Shown here one piece after another: positions 46,054 through 55,778 of a stretch of DNA of 64,000 nucleotides. Location: assembly GCA_038850285.1 (NCBI GenBank), contig JAWCMA010000001.1, positions 27,880 to 91,879 of the forward strand, written 5' to 3'. Every line of letters starts with the position of its first letter. The first letter of the stretch is position 1. The notes under the pieces are model-generated. The model was not told the origin of the DNA. It ran no database searches and saw only the letters and a program-made list of their open reading frames with translations. The translations under genes were made by a program, and so were the position numbers. The stretch is from Methanocellales archaeon. GTDB taxonomy: Archaea > Halobacteriota > JAWCLZ01.

Positions 46054-47309
46054 GCTTGAGGGATTTTTTAGAGAAATTAAGGCTAGAGGGACTGCTCCTC
46101 AACATCGAGGAAAGGGTTTCACCTGAATTTGAAGCGCCTAAAATCGCTAGAGAGCACTCTAAACCGATTTTCTTCAAAGATGTGGCTGGGAAAAAAGCAG
46201 TGATGAATGTAATTTCAAGTCGGGAAATACTAGCACTTGCTCTAGGAGTAAGGAAAGAGGAAATAGTGAGATATCTCGCCGGGGTAAAGCCTGAGGGTGA
46301 AATAAAAATTGTGGAAGAGATGCCTTTTCTGGAGAGGCAATTCAAAGCTGATTTATCTAAGCTCCCTATAATGCGGCATTATCGAGAGGATGCAGGTAAA
46401 TATATAACCGCTGGAGTTGTGATTTCGAGACTTGGCGAGGAATACAATGCCTCGGTGCATCGCATGCTTGTGCTTGATAAGAGAACCCTTGCGGTTAGAT
46501 TAGTGCCACCTAGGCATTGCTATCTAATGCATAAAAAAGCCGCGGAGCAACGTAGGGAGCTACCGGTTGGAGTTGCAATTGGAGTGGACCCTCTTTTCTT
46601 GCTTGCAGCATGCACTAGAGTGCCTGAGTGCAGGGAATTTCAATATACTAGTGCACTATCTGGCAAACCACTTGAGCTTTATGAGCTTGAGAATGGAGTT
46701 CAAGTGCCAGATGCTGAAATAGTATTAGAAGGCTATGTAGACCCTGAGGCTAGAGCTAGAGAGGGGCCATTTGTGGATATAACTGGTACTTTAGATATAG
46801 TCAGAGAGGAACCAGTGATAAAGCTTAATAGAATATACATGCGTAGAGATGCAATCTATCAAGGTATACTCCCAGGTGGAAGTGAGCATAAACTATTGAT
46901 GGGCGTGCCATATGAACCTAAAATTTATAAAACAGTTGGCGAGGTTGCTCGAGTGAGAAATGTATTACTCACTGAGGGGGGGTGCTGTTATTTCCACGCG
47001 GTGGTGCAAATAGAAAAGCAAACTGAGGGCGATGGCAAAAATGCAATTCTAGCTACCTTCACTGCTCATCCGAGTTTGAAGCACGTTGTAGTGGTTGATG
47101 ATGACATCGATATTTATAATCAAGTGGAAGTGGAATATGCAATTGCCACGCGCGTGCGGGGAGATAGAGATATATTGATAATACCCCGCGCTAGGGGTTC
47201 ATCTTTAGATCCAGCTATTGCAGAGGATGGAACTACTACCAAAGTAGGGATAGATGCCACGAAGCCTTTGATTGGAAGAGAGAAGTTCAAGCGAGTTGAA
47301 ATGGAATAG
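46041..47309 (+). CDS. UbiD-family prFMN-dependent decarboxylase (possibly trans-anhydromevalonate-5-phosphate decarboxylase of the archaeal mevalonate pathway)
   Basis: 422 aa with a UbiD-like fold and coupling to ubiX. Confidence 0.7.
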   Translation: MGRMSLRDFLEKLRLEGLLLNIEERVSPEFEAPKIAREHSKPIFFKDVAGKKAVMNVISSREILALALGVRKEEIVRYLAGVKPEGEIKIVEEMPFLERQFKADLSKLPIMRHYREDAGKYITAGVVISRLGEEYNASVHRMLVLDKRTLAVRLVPPRHCYLMHKKAAEQRRELPVGVAIGVDPLFLLAACTRVPECREFQYTSALSGKPLELYELENGVQVPDAEIVLEGYVDPEARAREGPFVDITGTLDIVREEPVIKLNRIYMRRDAIYQGILPGGSEHKLLMGVPYEPKIYKTVGEVARVRNVLLTEGGCCYFHAVVQIEKQTEGDGKNAILATFTAHPSLKHVVVVDDDIDIYNQVEVEYAIATRVRGDRDILIIPRARGSSLDPAIAEDGTTTKVGIDATKPLIGREKFKRVEME

Positions 47310-47374
47310 CTTTAGGTTTTCAATAGCTAGTTTTTAATAGCTCTAGGTTTTTCAATAGCTAGTTTTTAATAGCT
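47310..47374. repeat. Tandem duplication (2 × ~32 bp) CTAGGTTTTTCAATAGCTAGTTTTTAATAGCT spanning the trm1 3' end
   Basis: Copy 2 encodes the Trm1 C-terminus (..LKTSY*). Copy 1 is a downstream ghost copy that includes the stop codon. Confidence 0.85.
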
Positions 47375-48437
47375 CTAGGATTTCCTTCAAATTTGCATTG
47401 GTTTTGAAGCCAATGCTTGAGAAATGCGTTCTACTTGCTTTAAAACCACACTTCATAAGTTTCTCTATAACCTCTTCTATTTTAAGGGGTGCTATTTTGA
47501 GTATTTTGCATAACTTATGATGGTTATAATAAGAGAAAACTTGGATTTCTTCCCTGCATAGTGAGAGTAATTTCCTAGCTTGCTCTTTCTTCCCGAGCTC
47601 TTTTTTCTCAACTTCCTTGAGAGTTTTGCTTAAGAATCTTTTATCCCCTAGCTCGCCCAACCAGAGGATACCTCCAGCTTTCAAAATCCCCCCACAGTTT
47701 GGGCACTTAGCTGGTAATTGTGGAATGATTCCCTTGATAGATGCTCTATATAGGCATGTGAAGCAGTGCACGAAATAGCCAAGTTTTTCTAATGTTAAAT
47801 CTGCCTTCGCTGCTCCCTTCTCTATCTTTATGTAAACTCTATAGTAATGCTGCTCTGCATATGAAAGCAGAGGCTTTGCTGCTTTATCATATTTCGCGAG
47901 CTCACGCGCGATTTTACCTATCAATATTCGCACTCCAACTTCATTGTAGTACTCAGTTTTAAGTGGAAATGCTTGATAATTGCGAATCCCTGCTTTGAGA
48001 TGTGAACCGCATAGTGGGGCTGTATCTGTTGCAGTAATGCAGAGCAGTTTTCTAGCTGATCTACAAGCTGCATCGAGAAATGGCACTGGAGATCCAAAGG
48101 GGTCGATATCAACGATGTCGAAGTGCTCCTTAATGAGGAGTATGTTTGCATTCATATTGCTTGGCCAGGCTAGGTCTTCTAAGCGATTGAGAGCTATATT
48201 TTGCTTAATTGCCTCGTAAGCGCTGGTATCTATATCATTCACAGTGCATTTGAGTCCAACTTCCTTAGCAATTCTAATTCCGCGAATCCCACTTGCAGCT
48301 AAAGCATCGAGAAATGTCATACCTAGGTTGGAGAAGGCTGCTATGCATGCTATGCTTATATCTCTATTTAGCTCCATTTTTGGGTTGTAGAAAACTTTAC
48401 TTGGTTTAATCACCACTTGACCTTCTTTAATCAGCAT
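47352..48437 (-). CDS. trm1: tRNA (guanine26-N2)-dimethyltransferase Trm1
   Basis: SAM-binding LDALAASGIRGIR and a C-terminal Zn motif CFTCLY...CPNCGG. Confidence 0.85.
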   Translation of the reverse strand: MLIKEGQVVIKPSKVFYNPKMELNRDISIACIAAFSNLGMTFLDALAASGIRGIRIAKEVGLKCTVNDIDTSAYEAIKQNIALNRLEDLAWPSNMNANILLIKEHFDIVDIDPFGSPVPFLDAACRSARKLLCITATDTAPLCGSHLKAGIRNYQAFPLKTEYYNEVGVRILIGKIARELAKYDKAAKPLLSYAEQHYYRVYIKIEKGAAKADLTLEKLGYFVHCFTCLYRASIKGIIPQLPAKCPNCGGILKAGGILWLGELGDKRFLSKTLKEVEKKELGKKEQARKLLSLCREEIQVFSYYNHHKLCKILKIAPLKIEEVIEKLMKCGFKASRTHFSSIGFKTNANLKEILELLKTSY

Positions 48438-48939
48438 TCAATCTCCCCGCTATCTCCCTCGCAAGGGAATCTCTATTATGCTCATTAAGCACATATACCT
48501 CGAAGGTGGATCGAATTCTCTGGATTAAAGGGTGTGTGGAACGCTGGTGAAATGTAACTAGCATGGATTTATTACTCTGCAGTGCAGTTTCAACTGCTAA
48601 TAGGAAGTCCTTTGAATACAGCTCCATTGGAGCAATTTCATCTATAACTATTAAATCACAATTCAAGGCATTCTTAATCGCTTCTACTCCAACTTCATTT
48701 AAATCCCTTAGGTTCACCTTGTATTTGCCAACAATTGGGCCCTCTTTTTGATTCACATGTGCAAGTATGCCTTTTTTACCAGTTGCGATATCAACTATTT
48801 CAAATCCAACTCTCTGCCTCCCAACTCTTATATCTCCGCTTATCATCCCACCTGCTTTTTTGCTTATGCTTGAGATCACTTTTTTGCAGAGAGTTGACTT
48901 TCCAATCCCAGGCCTGCCTGTGATAGCAATTCTAATCAT
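48427..48939 (-). CDS. Nucleoside-triphosphatase THEP1 (MJ1559 family)
   Basis: Walker A ITGRPGIGKST and Walker B LIVIDEI; 170 aa. Confidence 0.8.
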   Translation of the reverse strand: MIRIAITGRPGIGKSTLCKKVISSISKKAGGMISGDIRVGRQRVGFEIVDIATGKKGILAHVNQKEGPIVGKYKVNLRDLNEVGVEAIKNALNCDLIVIDEIAPMELYSKDFLLAVETALQSNKSMLVTFHQRSTHPLIQRIRSTFEVYVLNEHNRDSLAREIAGRLNAD

Positions 48940-48982
48940 GCAAAAGCAATATCACAGCGCAGGCATATTTAGATTATGAATT

Positions 48983-50140
48983 ATGAATATGATTTCAATT
49001 AAGATCAAGCAAGATGTGCTCTTCTGGATCTATTTCTCCATCTTTTTAATTTCACTCAGCTTAGGCGCTTATAATCCGCTCATCCCACTTTATGCTCAGC
49101 AACTTGGTGCTTCTTACTTGGACTTAGGAATAATTGGATCTGTTTGGGCTCTGCCCTATGTATTCCTCCCTATTTTAATAGGGATGTTTTCTCAGAAGAT
49201 AAATAGACAATGGATATTTTTCACTGGAATTGGAAGTAGTGCTTTAACTGCAGCTCTATTTCCATTTGCTCAAAATGTATCTCATTTAATTGCAATTCGA
49301 ATCTTTGGAGGCATAGCCTATGCATTTATGTGGCCAGTAGTAGAGGCAATAATCTCAGACATCACCACCAACGAGGCTAGAGCAAAAGCAATGGGTAGAT
49401 ATAGCTTCTCCTGGGGAATTGGCTTCTTAATTGGGCCAGCGATTGGGGGATTTGTTCTTGAAAAAAGCGGTTTTAATTTACTCTTCTTAATCTCCTTCTT
49501 AATTGGCCTCCTCGCAAGTATTATTGCAGTTAATTGCTTGAAAATTCCAAGTGCTAGGGGGGAAGTTGTATTTTCTCAGATTAATTTTTCAATGAAAACT
49601 CTTGCATCGCTCTATCTCGCAATAGCTAGTTACAGCTTAGCACTTGGCACTGTTTTCTCCCTCTTCCCTGCTTATGCCAGTGTGAAAGGTATTACTTCCC
49701 TGGAGATTGGCATTCTCTTCGCAGTTCTAGGCTTAGTTAGAGTAGTGGTTTTCCTTCAATCTGAAGCGATTTCGAAGATTGGGGAGAAAAAAGCTATATT
49801 AATTGCCTTGCTAGCGCAATCTTTGATATTGCCATTGCTACCTTATCTCCAGAGTTTCTTAGCCTTGCTTTTTGGCGTGGCTTTGCTTGGGATAACTCTA
49901 GGCATTCTCTCGCCCATAACCATAGCTGCAGTTTCAAAGATGATCCCTAGGGAAAAAATTGGACTTGCGATTGGTGCAGTTGAAACCACCTTTGGCATAG
50001 GGTGGACTCTAGGTCCGCTAATCGGGGGAATTGCAGCTCAAAATCTAGGCGAGGAATATCCATATATAATAGCGGGTTTCATCAGCTTATTCGTTGCAAT
50101 TCCAATTACTAGAGAAATCCTAAAGCATAAATATGGATAA
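48983..50140 (+). CDS. MFS transporter
   Basis: 12 TM segments and the MFS motif GRYSFSWGIGFLIGP. Confidence 0.7.
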   Translation: MNMISIKIKQDVLFWIYFSIFLISLSLGAYNPLIPLYAQQLGASYLDLGIIGSVWALPYVFLPILIGMFSQKINRQWIFFTGIGSSALTAALFPFAQNVSHLIAIRIFGGIAYAFMWPVVEAIISDITTNEARAKAMGRYSFSWGIGFLIGPAIGGFVLEKSGFNLLFLISFLIGLLASIIAVNCLKIPSARGEVVFSQINFSMKTLASLYLAIASYSLALGTVFSLFPAYASVKGITSLEIGILFAVLGLVRVVVFLQSEAISKIGEKKAILIALLAQSLILPLLPYLQSFLALLFGVALLGITLGILSPITIAAVSKMIPREKIGLAIGAVETTFGIGWTLGPLIGGIAAQNLGEEYPYIIAGFISLFVAIPITREILKHKYG

Positions 50141-50158
50141 GATTAAAAACCAACTGCT

Positions 50159-50644
50159 ATGAAACAGCTCTGGGCTCCTTGGCGAATGAAATACATAAAA
50201 TCTAAAAAAAAGCAGAAATGCTTCCTCTGCCTTGAGTCAAAAAAGGATGAAGAACTAGTGATATATAAAGGTGAGAAGTGCTTCGTTATCTTAAATGCCT
50301 ATCCCTATAACAATGGACATATCATGATAGCTCCCTATCGACATATCTTGAGGCTTCAGGACTTAAGTGAGGAGGAAACTCGAGAGTTCTTCGATCTAAC
50401 TAAGCAAAGCTTGGCAGTTTTGGATCAAACGATGAAGCCAGAGGGCTACAATATCGGCATCAACTTAGGTAAAGCAGCTGGAGCTGGAGAGGCACATTTG
50501 CACCTCCACGTAGTACCAAGGTGGGTAGGTGATACAAACTTCATGCCCATCTTAGCAGATGTCAAGGTAATGCCTGAGCATCTAGATCGAAACTGCAAAA
50601 TATTGAGAAGGGCATTTAAGAAGCATGGCACTGGAAGTATTTGA
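50159..50644 (+). CDS. HIT-family hydrolase
   Basis: Histidine triad HLHLHVVPR. Confidence 0.75.
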   Translation: MKQLWAPWRMKYIKSKKKQKCFLCLESKKDEELVIYKGEKCFVILNAYPYNNGHIMIAPYRHILRLQDLSEEETREFFDLTKQSLAVLDQTMKPEGYNIGINLGKAAGAGEAHLHLHVVPRWVGDTNFMPILADVKVMPEHLDRNCKILRRAFKKHGTGSI

Positions 50645-51170
50645 AGAGAGAAACGAGTCGAATTTCTCAGGCAGCATTATTCACATCGATACAGTTGGGA
50701 ATATTAGAAATGAGTTCACTAATTCTAGAAGATACTCTGAGTTATCGCCTTTTATTGTTGGATTAATCGATAGAAATAAACTCAAAATTATGTATGCCCT
50801 AGATAAACCAAGCATATCATTATTTCGCGGTCGAGTAATTGCGTTGATCAATGAATTCCAGAAGCCATACTTTGCCTTCAATGCAACGGTTGTTCAAGCA
50901 GTTCTATATCACTTCACTGGCCAGAAGATCGATATAGCTGGAGAGCTAAATAGAAAAGCCTTTGAAAGTAGGCTATTTGCAATCCACGCTTTAAACATAC
51001 CTCAATATGGCGATCCCTTCTCTGATCAAGATAAACTCTGCACTCAAGCTTGGCTCAAGGGAGAGATTGAGAAATGCGTGGCACACGTTAGAGCTTGTCT
51101 CTTAAAAGAACGGGATATATTTATAAAGCGCGGGTTTCGAAAGCCTGAGGAAATAAAGTTGAGGAGGTGA
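50625..51170 (+). CDS. Hypothetical protein (181 aa)
   Basis: ORF only. Confidence 0.35.
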   Translation: MALEVFEERNESNFSGSIIHIDTVGNIRNEFTNSRRYSELSPFIVGLIDRNKLKIMYALDKPSISLFRGRVIALINEFQKPYFAFNATVVQAVLYHFTGQKIDIAGELNRKAFESRLFAIHALNIPQYGDPFSDQDKLCTQAWLKGEIEKCVAHVRACLLKERDIFIKRGFRKPEEIKLRR

Positions 51171-51294
51171 AGGGGTTTAAAAGAGAAGTCTAAGGTTTAA
51201 AAGTGTAAAGGAGCTTAAAAAAGAAGTGAATTAATATTTTAAGAACTGATAAAAAGTGTGAATGTTAAAAAATTAAAAATGGAAAAGGTGTGAA

Positions 51295-51519
51295 ATGCGT
51301 GTAACGAGAAAACTTGAAACTGGCGATTCCTACTTCGATGTCTATTTCTGCGATGAATGCGGGAGAGAAGTGAATCCAATGATGTGCGTGGAAATAAGAC
51401 TGCCATTTAACCATGAATCAATACTATGGTGCCTTGCGTGCTTGAGAAAACTGGGTTTATATAATGTTATTATGCGCTATCAAAGTCACTTCGCAGATAA
51501 AGATAGAGTGTGGAGATAA
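51295..51519 (+). CDS. Small Zn-ribbon protein (74 aa)
   Basis: CDECG...C..C Cys4 pattern. Confidence 0.4.
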   Translation: MRVTRKLETGDSYFDVYFCDECGREVNPMMCVEIRLPFNHESILWCLACLRKLGLYNVIMRYQSHFADKDRVWR

Positions 51520-51533
51520 CTTGAGGAGATAAC

Positions 51534-52139
51534 TTGAGGGAAGAAGTTGTATTTCCAAGTGAGGAGGGCCTCTTATATGGCACGCTTTTTGGGGTTGGCG
51601 AGCTAGGTGTGGTGCTCTGTCCTCCTCATCCTTTATATGGTGGTTCTAGGTTTGACCATCGCTTAATTGAAATTGCACTTGAACTTGAGAGAAATGGAAT
51701 AACTGCCCTCACTTTTGACTACCGCAGAGAGTTCGCCCGTGGGAGAGGTGAAATTCAAGATGCAATATCTGCACTTCGCTATTTTCGAACCCGAGTTAAA
51801 AAAATTGGTATCTTTGGGTATTCATTTGGAGCAGTGGTTGCCTCCAACGCTGCCTTTAAATTTGATTTAAGCATAAGTGGAAGTGCATTCCTCGCGATTT
51901 TGAAGCAAACTGATGATATTCAAGCTATGGTGAATCAAAGGTCACCCAAGCTCTTCATACATGGAAAAAGAGATCAGATCGCTCCCTATGCTGAGTTCGA
52001 GGAGCTATATCAAAGTGCAAGCGAACCTAAGCAGTGCTTGATTCTTGAAGACGAAGACCACTTTTTCCACCATAGCGTTGAAGAAATTGCTATCTCAGTG
52101 GCGAAATTCTTCAAAAGGTGCTTCGAATTTTATAAATAA
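51534..52139 (+). CDS. Alpha/beta hydrolase (dienelactone hydrolase-like esterase)
   Basis: Nucleophile elbow GYSFGA and a His near the C-terminus. Confidence 0.7.
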   Translation: MREEVVFPSEEGLLYGTLFGVGELGVVLCPPHPLYGGSRFDHRLIEIALELERNGITALTFDYRREFARGRGEIQDAISALRYFRTRVKKIGIFGYSFGAVVASNAAFKFDLSISGSAFLAILKQTDDIQAMVNQRSPKLFIHGKRDQIAPYAEFEELYQSASEPKQCLILEDEDHFFHHSVEEIAISVAKFFKRCFEFYK

Positions 52140-52160
52140 CTCTATATTTTAACCATAGTT

Positions 52161-53783
52161 CTATAGCTTTTTAACTACCCTCTCTATAACTTCACTTGGG
52201 CTGATTGCTTCAAGTGTTCTAGCTGTTATATCCTCTAGCATGACCTCAATTGCCAATTTAAGGGCTTGCTCATCCACATATAAAATTCGATGTGCATTTG
52301 TCTCTCTACTTCTAGCTGAGAAATAAAAGGGAAGCGTCAGGGCAGAGGCAAGCTGAAGGCATTTATATATAGCGCGTGGAGAAGCGTGCACTAATTGATC
52401 TTCTTCCACGAATTCCTTTACGAAGATTTTAAGGCTCAAGGTAACTCTCTTGATTTGATCCTCTAGGAACTGTATCTTAGCTGGCTTGTATTTCCACATC
52501 CCAGTGTTTATGGCATAGATCAAGGTTACGTGGTCTCTAATTAGCTTTGGAGTTATCTCTTCATATCTACCTACACCTAAAGCGTGTCTCTCAATTGACT
52601 CCACTATAGAGAGGAATCTATCCTTGGTCATGCGGTGCAAGCGGCAGAAGCAGCGGTCTTCAATTGCACGGAAATTTGGATCAGGCACGGTTAATCTATA
52701 GCCCCTTCTCTCTACTTTTACATTGTAATTTGCATTCAAGAAGGAGGTGAAAACATATGGTCCAATTGTTTCATGCGCTGATTCATATTTCAATGGCTTT
52801 TGCTCCATCGCGAGTTTGAGTCTCTCCACCATTCCACGTTCATGGAAGAACCACTCATTGAACTCCGGGACTAAGAAGACCATTTTCTTGCCTTCGTAGT
52901 ACTGCCCCATTTGGAGAAACATATATGGAGTTATGCCCCCGCAGTATCTATATCTCCCAGGTATGCCATGTGGCTCGAGCTGGAGTTTTTCATTGCCCAT
53001 CACAAAATCTATACTGGAATAAGTTTTTCCAGTTCCAATATCCCCGAAGAAAGCAAGGTGAAAGCCTGTACTTGTGAGGCGCTCGCCATTTGGCTTGAGT
53101 ACTTCCACATCTGCAATTCCAAATAACTGGCTCCATGAGAGGAGTACGTCTATAGCTGCCACCCCACCATATTCCTCGCAGTATCTATAAATCGAGGTCA
53201 AGTCAATTTGCTTCGCGAATTCAATAACTTTCTCTTCATCAATTTCCTTGAGATAATTCTTCAAGCACGAGTCCATTTTTTTGACCAATATCTGCTCGCT
53301 GGGCTTGGTCTCTTCTTTTATAGTGGTCTTGGTTTTTCTTCTTATGTACTCCATGAGGTGCTTTGCATTTGGCACTATGTATCGAGCGAAGTGATGTTTA
53401 TAGCTCTCCACCGGGCGGATTTGAATTTGATAGGATTCTTCTTTTTCATGGAGAGCAATGAAGAAGTAATGCTCATAGGTATGCAGCAAGCTTGAAATTG
53501 CATCTTTAATTAACTTTTCATCCGCATAAGTTTTGTCAGCTTCAATCACAATTCCATCAGGTGCTATTTCTATTACATCTCGAATTATCTCTCTCCCAAT
53601 TGCCATTCTAGCATTTCTCACTAGTTCTTCCCATTCTTCTCTACCGAAGAGGAAGGTGCCAGCTTCATCGTTTATGCTACGAGTCGCTAGTTCCTCTGCA
53701 GTAAAAATGCCTATGCTATTGAGATCTTTCATTCGCTTTCTACCTATTCCAGAGATTTCAAGCAGCTCCATTTCGAGGATCAC
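52161..53783 (-). CDS. Uncharacterised protein: an N-terminal helix-hairpin-helix motif plus a central P-loop NTPase domain
   Basis: 540 aa. The N-terminus ELLEISGIGRKRMKDLNSIGIFTAEELA is HhH and RadA-N-like. The Walker A FFGDIGTGKTYS sits at about residue 250. The gene lies co-directionally downstream of the DNA ligase. Confidence 0.5.
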   Translation of the reverse strand: MILEMELLEISGIGRKRMKDLNSIGIFTAEELATRSINDEAGTFLFGREEWEELVRNARMAIGREIIRDVIEIAPDGIVIEADKTYADEKLIKDAISSLLHTYEHYFFIALHEKEESYQIQIRPVESYKHHFARYIVPNAKHLMEYIRRKTKTTIKEETKPSEQILVKKMDSCLKNYLKEIDEEKVIEFAKQIDLTSIYRYCEEYGGVAAIDVLLSWSQLFGIADVEVLKPNGERLTSTGFHLAFFGDIGTGKTYSSIDFVMGNEKLQLEPHGIPGRYRYCGGITPYMFLQMGQYYEGKKMVFLVPEFNEWFFHERGMVERLKLAMEQKPLKYESAHETIGPYVFTSFLNANYNVKVERRGYRLTVPDPNFRAIEDRCFCRLHRMTKDRFLSIVESIERHALGVGRYEEITPKLIRDHVTLIYAINTGMWKYKPAKIQFLEDQIKRVTLSLKIFVKEFVEEDQLVHASPRAIYKCLQLASALTLPFYFSARSRETNAHRILYVDEQALKLAIEVMLEDITARTLEAISPSEVIERVVKKL

Positions 53784-53991
53784 TATAGATTGTTTTTTGA
53801 AGATAAAAACTTTTACATAGGGGAAAAAAGAAATAAAGAAATTGGACTATGGGTTTGTGTTTAGATTGTAGAATTAAACTTGAAGCTAAACTAGCTGAGG
53901 AGGATATATTTTTTGAGTTTTTAGAGGCTTTTCAAGAGAAGCCTAAGCACGTTGGAGAGATCTGCGAATGCTGTGGAAGGCAATTCTTTGA

Positions 53992-55716
53992 TTAGCCTCT
54001 GGCTCTCTGCTGTTCATACATTTCGATGATCTCCTTCACTGTATTTGCATCTCCAGCGCTTTTATCCTGCCTTATGAATCCCACCGCGCGGGGGAAGCGC
54101 AGAGCGTAACCTATTTCTTTTTCAGTTCTCCCGCAAGTGTGAAGGGGGGAGCGGGTTATTTCATCAGCCATAACTGTTATGACGTACTTCGGTTCAACCC
54201 ATACATCTGGGATGATGAGGGAATCTACTCTAGCGTGGCGATGTGGAATTGCAATTTCATCAAGCATCCCCTTGAGTTTTACCCAGTTTTCCTCGCTGAA
54301 TCCAGATCCAACTTTTGCAATTGTCTTGAAGGTATCGCTTTCTTCATCGTAAACTGAGCATAAGATAGCTCCAATTCCAAGTTTTGCTCTAAAGCCCTTT
54401 CCCTTGAAATAGCCCACTATACAGACATCTATAGTATCAGCTAGTTCGCCTTTGTAGCTTCTCTTGAGCTTTATCCAGTTAAAATTTCGAGCACCTGCAG
54501 AATATGGAGCATCTAATCTCTTTGCAACAACTCCCTCCAGGCCTTTTTCCACGAATTCCTCGAAATAGTTTTTAATCTCCGTGGGATCGCCTGTGTAGAT
54601 CACCTTTGCAACATCTATTGGTCCATCTGATGTGATTATTTGCTCCATTTTCTCGCGGCGCTCAATATATGGCTTTTGAGTATAATCCACTCCATCCACA
54701 AATAGTAGTTCGAATGCAAAGAGCTTCAAGGGATATTCCTTGGCTAGTTCCTCCACGCCGTGTTTGCGCTTGCGTGTTATTGTAACTTGAAATGGAAAGA
54801 GCTCTCCTGTTTCTTCATTATATGCAAGGGCTTCTCCTTCTATAATTGCTTGCTTCGCTTTAATTTGCCTCTTAGCTGCTTCCACGATCTCTGGGAACAT
54901 CGCGGTGGTGCGCTCGAGATTTCTCGAGAAAATTTCCACCTTATCTCCATCTTTATGTATCTGGCATCTAAAGCCATCGTATTTAGGTTCAATCGCAGCT
55001 TTACCTATCTTTTGAACTATATCCTCGGATGAGGGGAGGCGCTCGCAAAGTGCCATTCTAATTGGGGAGAAAACCTTTATTTTGAATTCCCTTATTCCCT
55101 TTTCTCCCTTCTCAAAGAGGGTTTTAGCTACTAGTCCTAGGTCTGAGCATAGGTTATATGCTCGCTCAAGTTCAGGTCGAAATTTTCTAGTTCCAGCTTT
55201 AGCTTGTGCTAGAGCGTCTAATATGGTTGGATCTCCTATTCCAAGTCTTAGCCTTCCTGCTACGAATCTAGCGATATATTTTGATTCAATGGGTGAAGCA
55301 TTGGAAAATAAATTAGCTAGAATTGTTATCTTTTTCTCAACGCTTCCTTCACCAGTTGTTAGAGCCACTTTTAAAAGTCGGTCGTAAACCTCGCTTACCT
55401 CCAACTCTGAGCCTTTGCTTCTGGAAAATTTCTCAGCTACGATTCCCAAGTCACCTGCATTCTTGAATTCCTCCTCAACCCTCTGGAGAGTTACTCCAGC
55501 TGATTGAGAAATCGCTCGAATAAGCAATTTCTCGCTAACCCCCATTTCAACTCCGCGAAATGGAGGTAGAATTTGCTCTTGACATAGATATATTATCTTC
55601 TCAATTTCATTGCTATCCGCTTTCTTGAAAAGCTCAGCTAGAATATTGAACATCTCTAGCCTCTTTGTAGTTGCCTCGAGTTTTTCAAAGTAACTTGCTA
55701 GCTCTGAAAATTTCAT
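53992..55716 (-). CDS. lig: ATP-dependent DNA ligase (replicative Lig1-type)
   Basis: Adenylation motif I EPKYDGFRCQIH, plus DNA-binding and OB domains; 574 aa. Confidence 0.9.
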   Translation of the reverse strand: MKFSELASYFEKLEATTKRLEMFNILAELFKKADSNEIEKIIYLCQEQILPPFRGVEMGVSEKLLIRAISQSAGVTLQRVEEEFKNAGDLGIVAEKFSRSKGSELEVSEVYDRLLKVALTTGEGSVEKKITILANLFSNASPIESKYIARFVAGRLRLGIGDPTILDALAQAKAGTRKFRPELERAYNLCSDLGLVAKTLFEKGEKGIREFKIKVFSPIRMALCERLPSSEDIVQKIGKAAIEPKYDGFRCQIHKDGDKVEIFSRNLERTTAMFPEIVEAAKRQIKAKQAIIEGEALAYNEETGELFPFQVTITRKRKHGVEELAKEYPLKLFAFELLFVDGVDYTQKPYIERREKMEQIITSDGPIDVAKVIYTGDPTEIKNYFEEFVEKGLEGVVAKRLDAPYSAGARNFNWIKLKRSYKGELADTIDVCIVGYFKGKGFRAKLGIGAILCSVYDEESDTFKTIAKVGSGFSEENWVKLKGMLDEIAIPHRHARVDSLIIPDVWVEPKYVITVMADEITRSPLHTCGRTEKEIGYALRFPRAVGFIRQDKSAGDANTVKEIIEMYEQQRARG

Positions 55717-55778
55717 TCACACCACATGGGATATCTTTTATAATCACGTCTAATAATTCTAATGGTGTAATCACAAGT

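Noticed and set aside
42507-47374. Tandem repeats considered as CRISPR-like arrays
   Set aside because: There are only 2–5 copies, the units are 12–32 bp with no unique spacers, and no cas genes occur in the window. They are simple tandem duplications or microsatellites.
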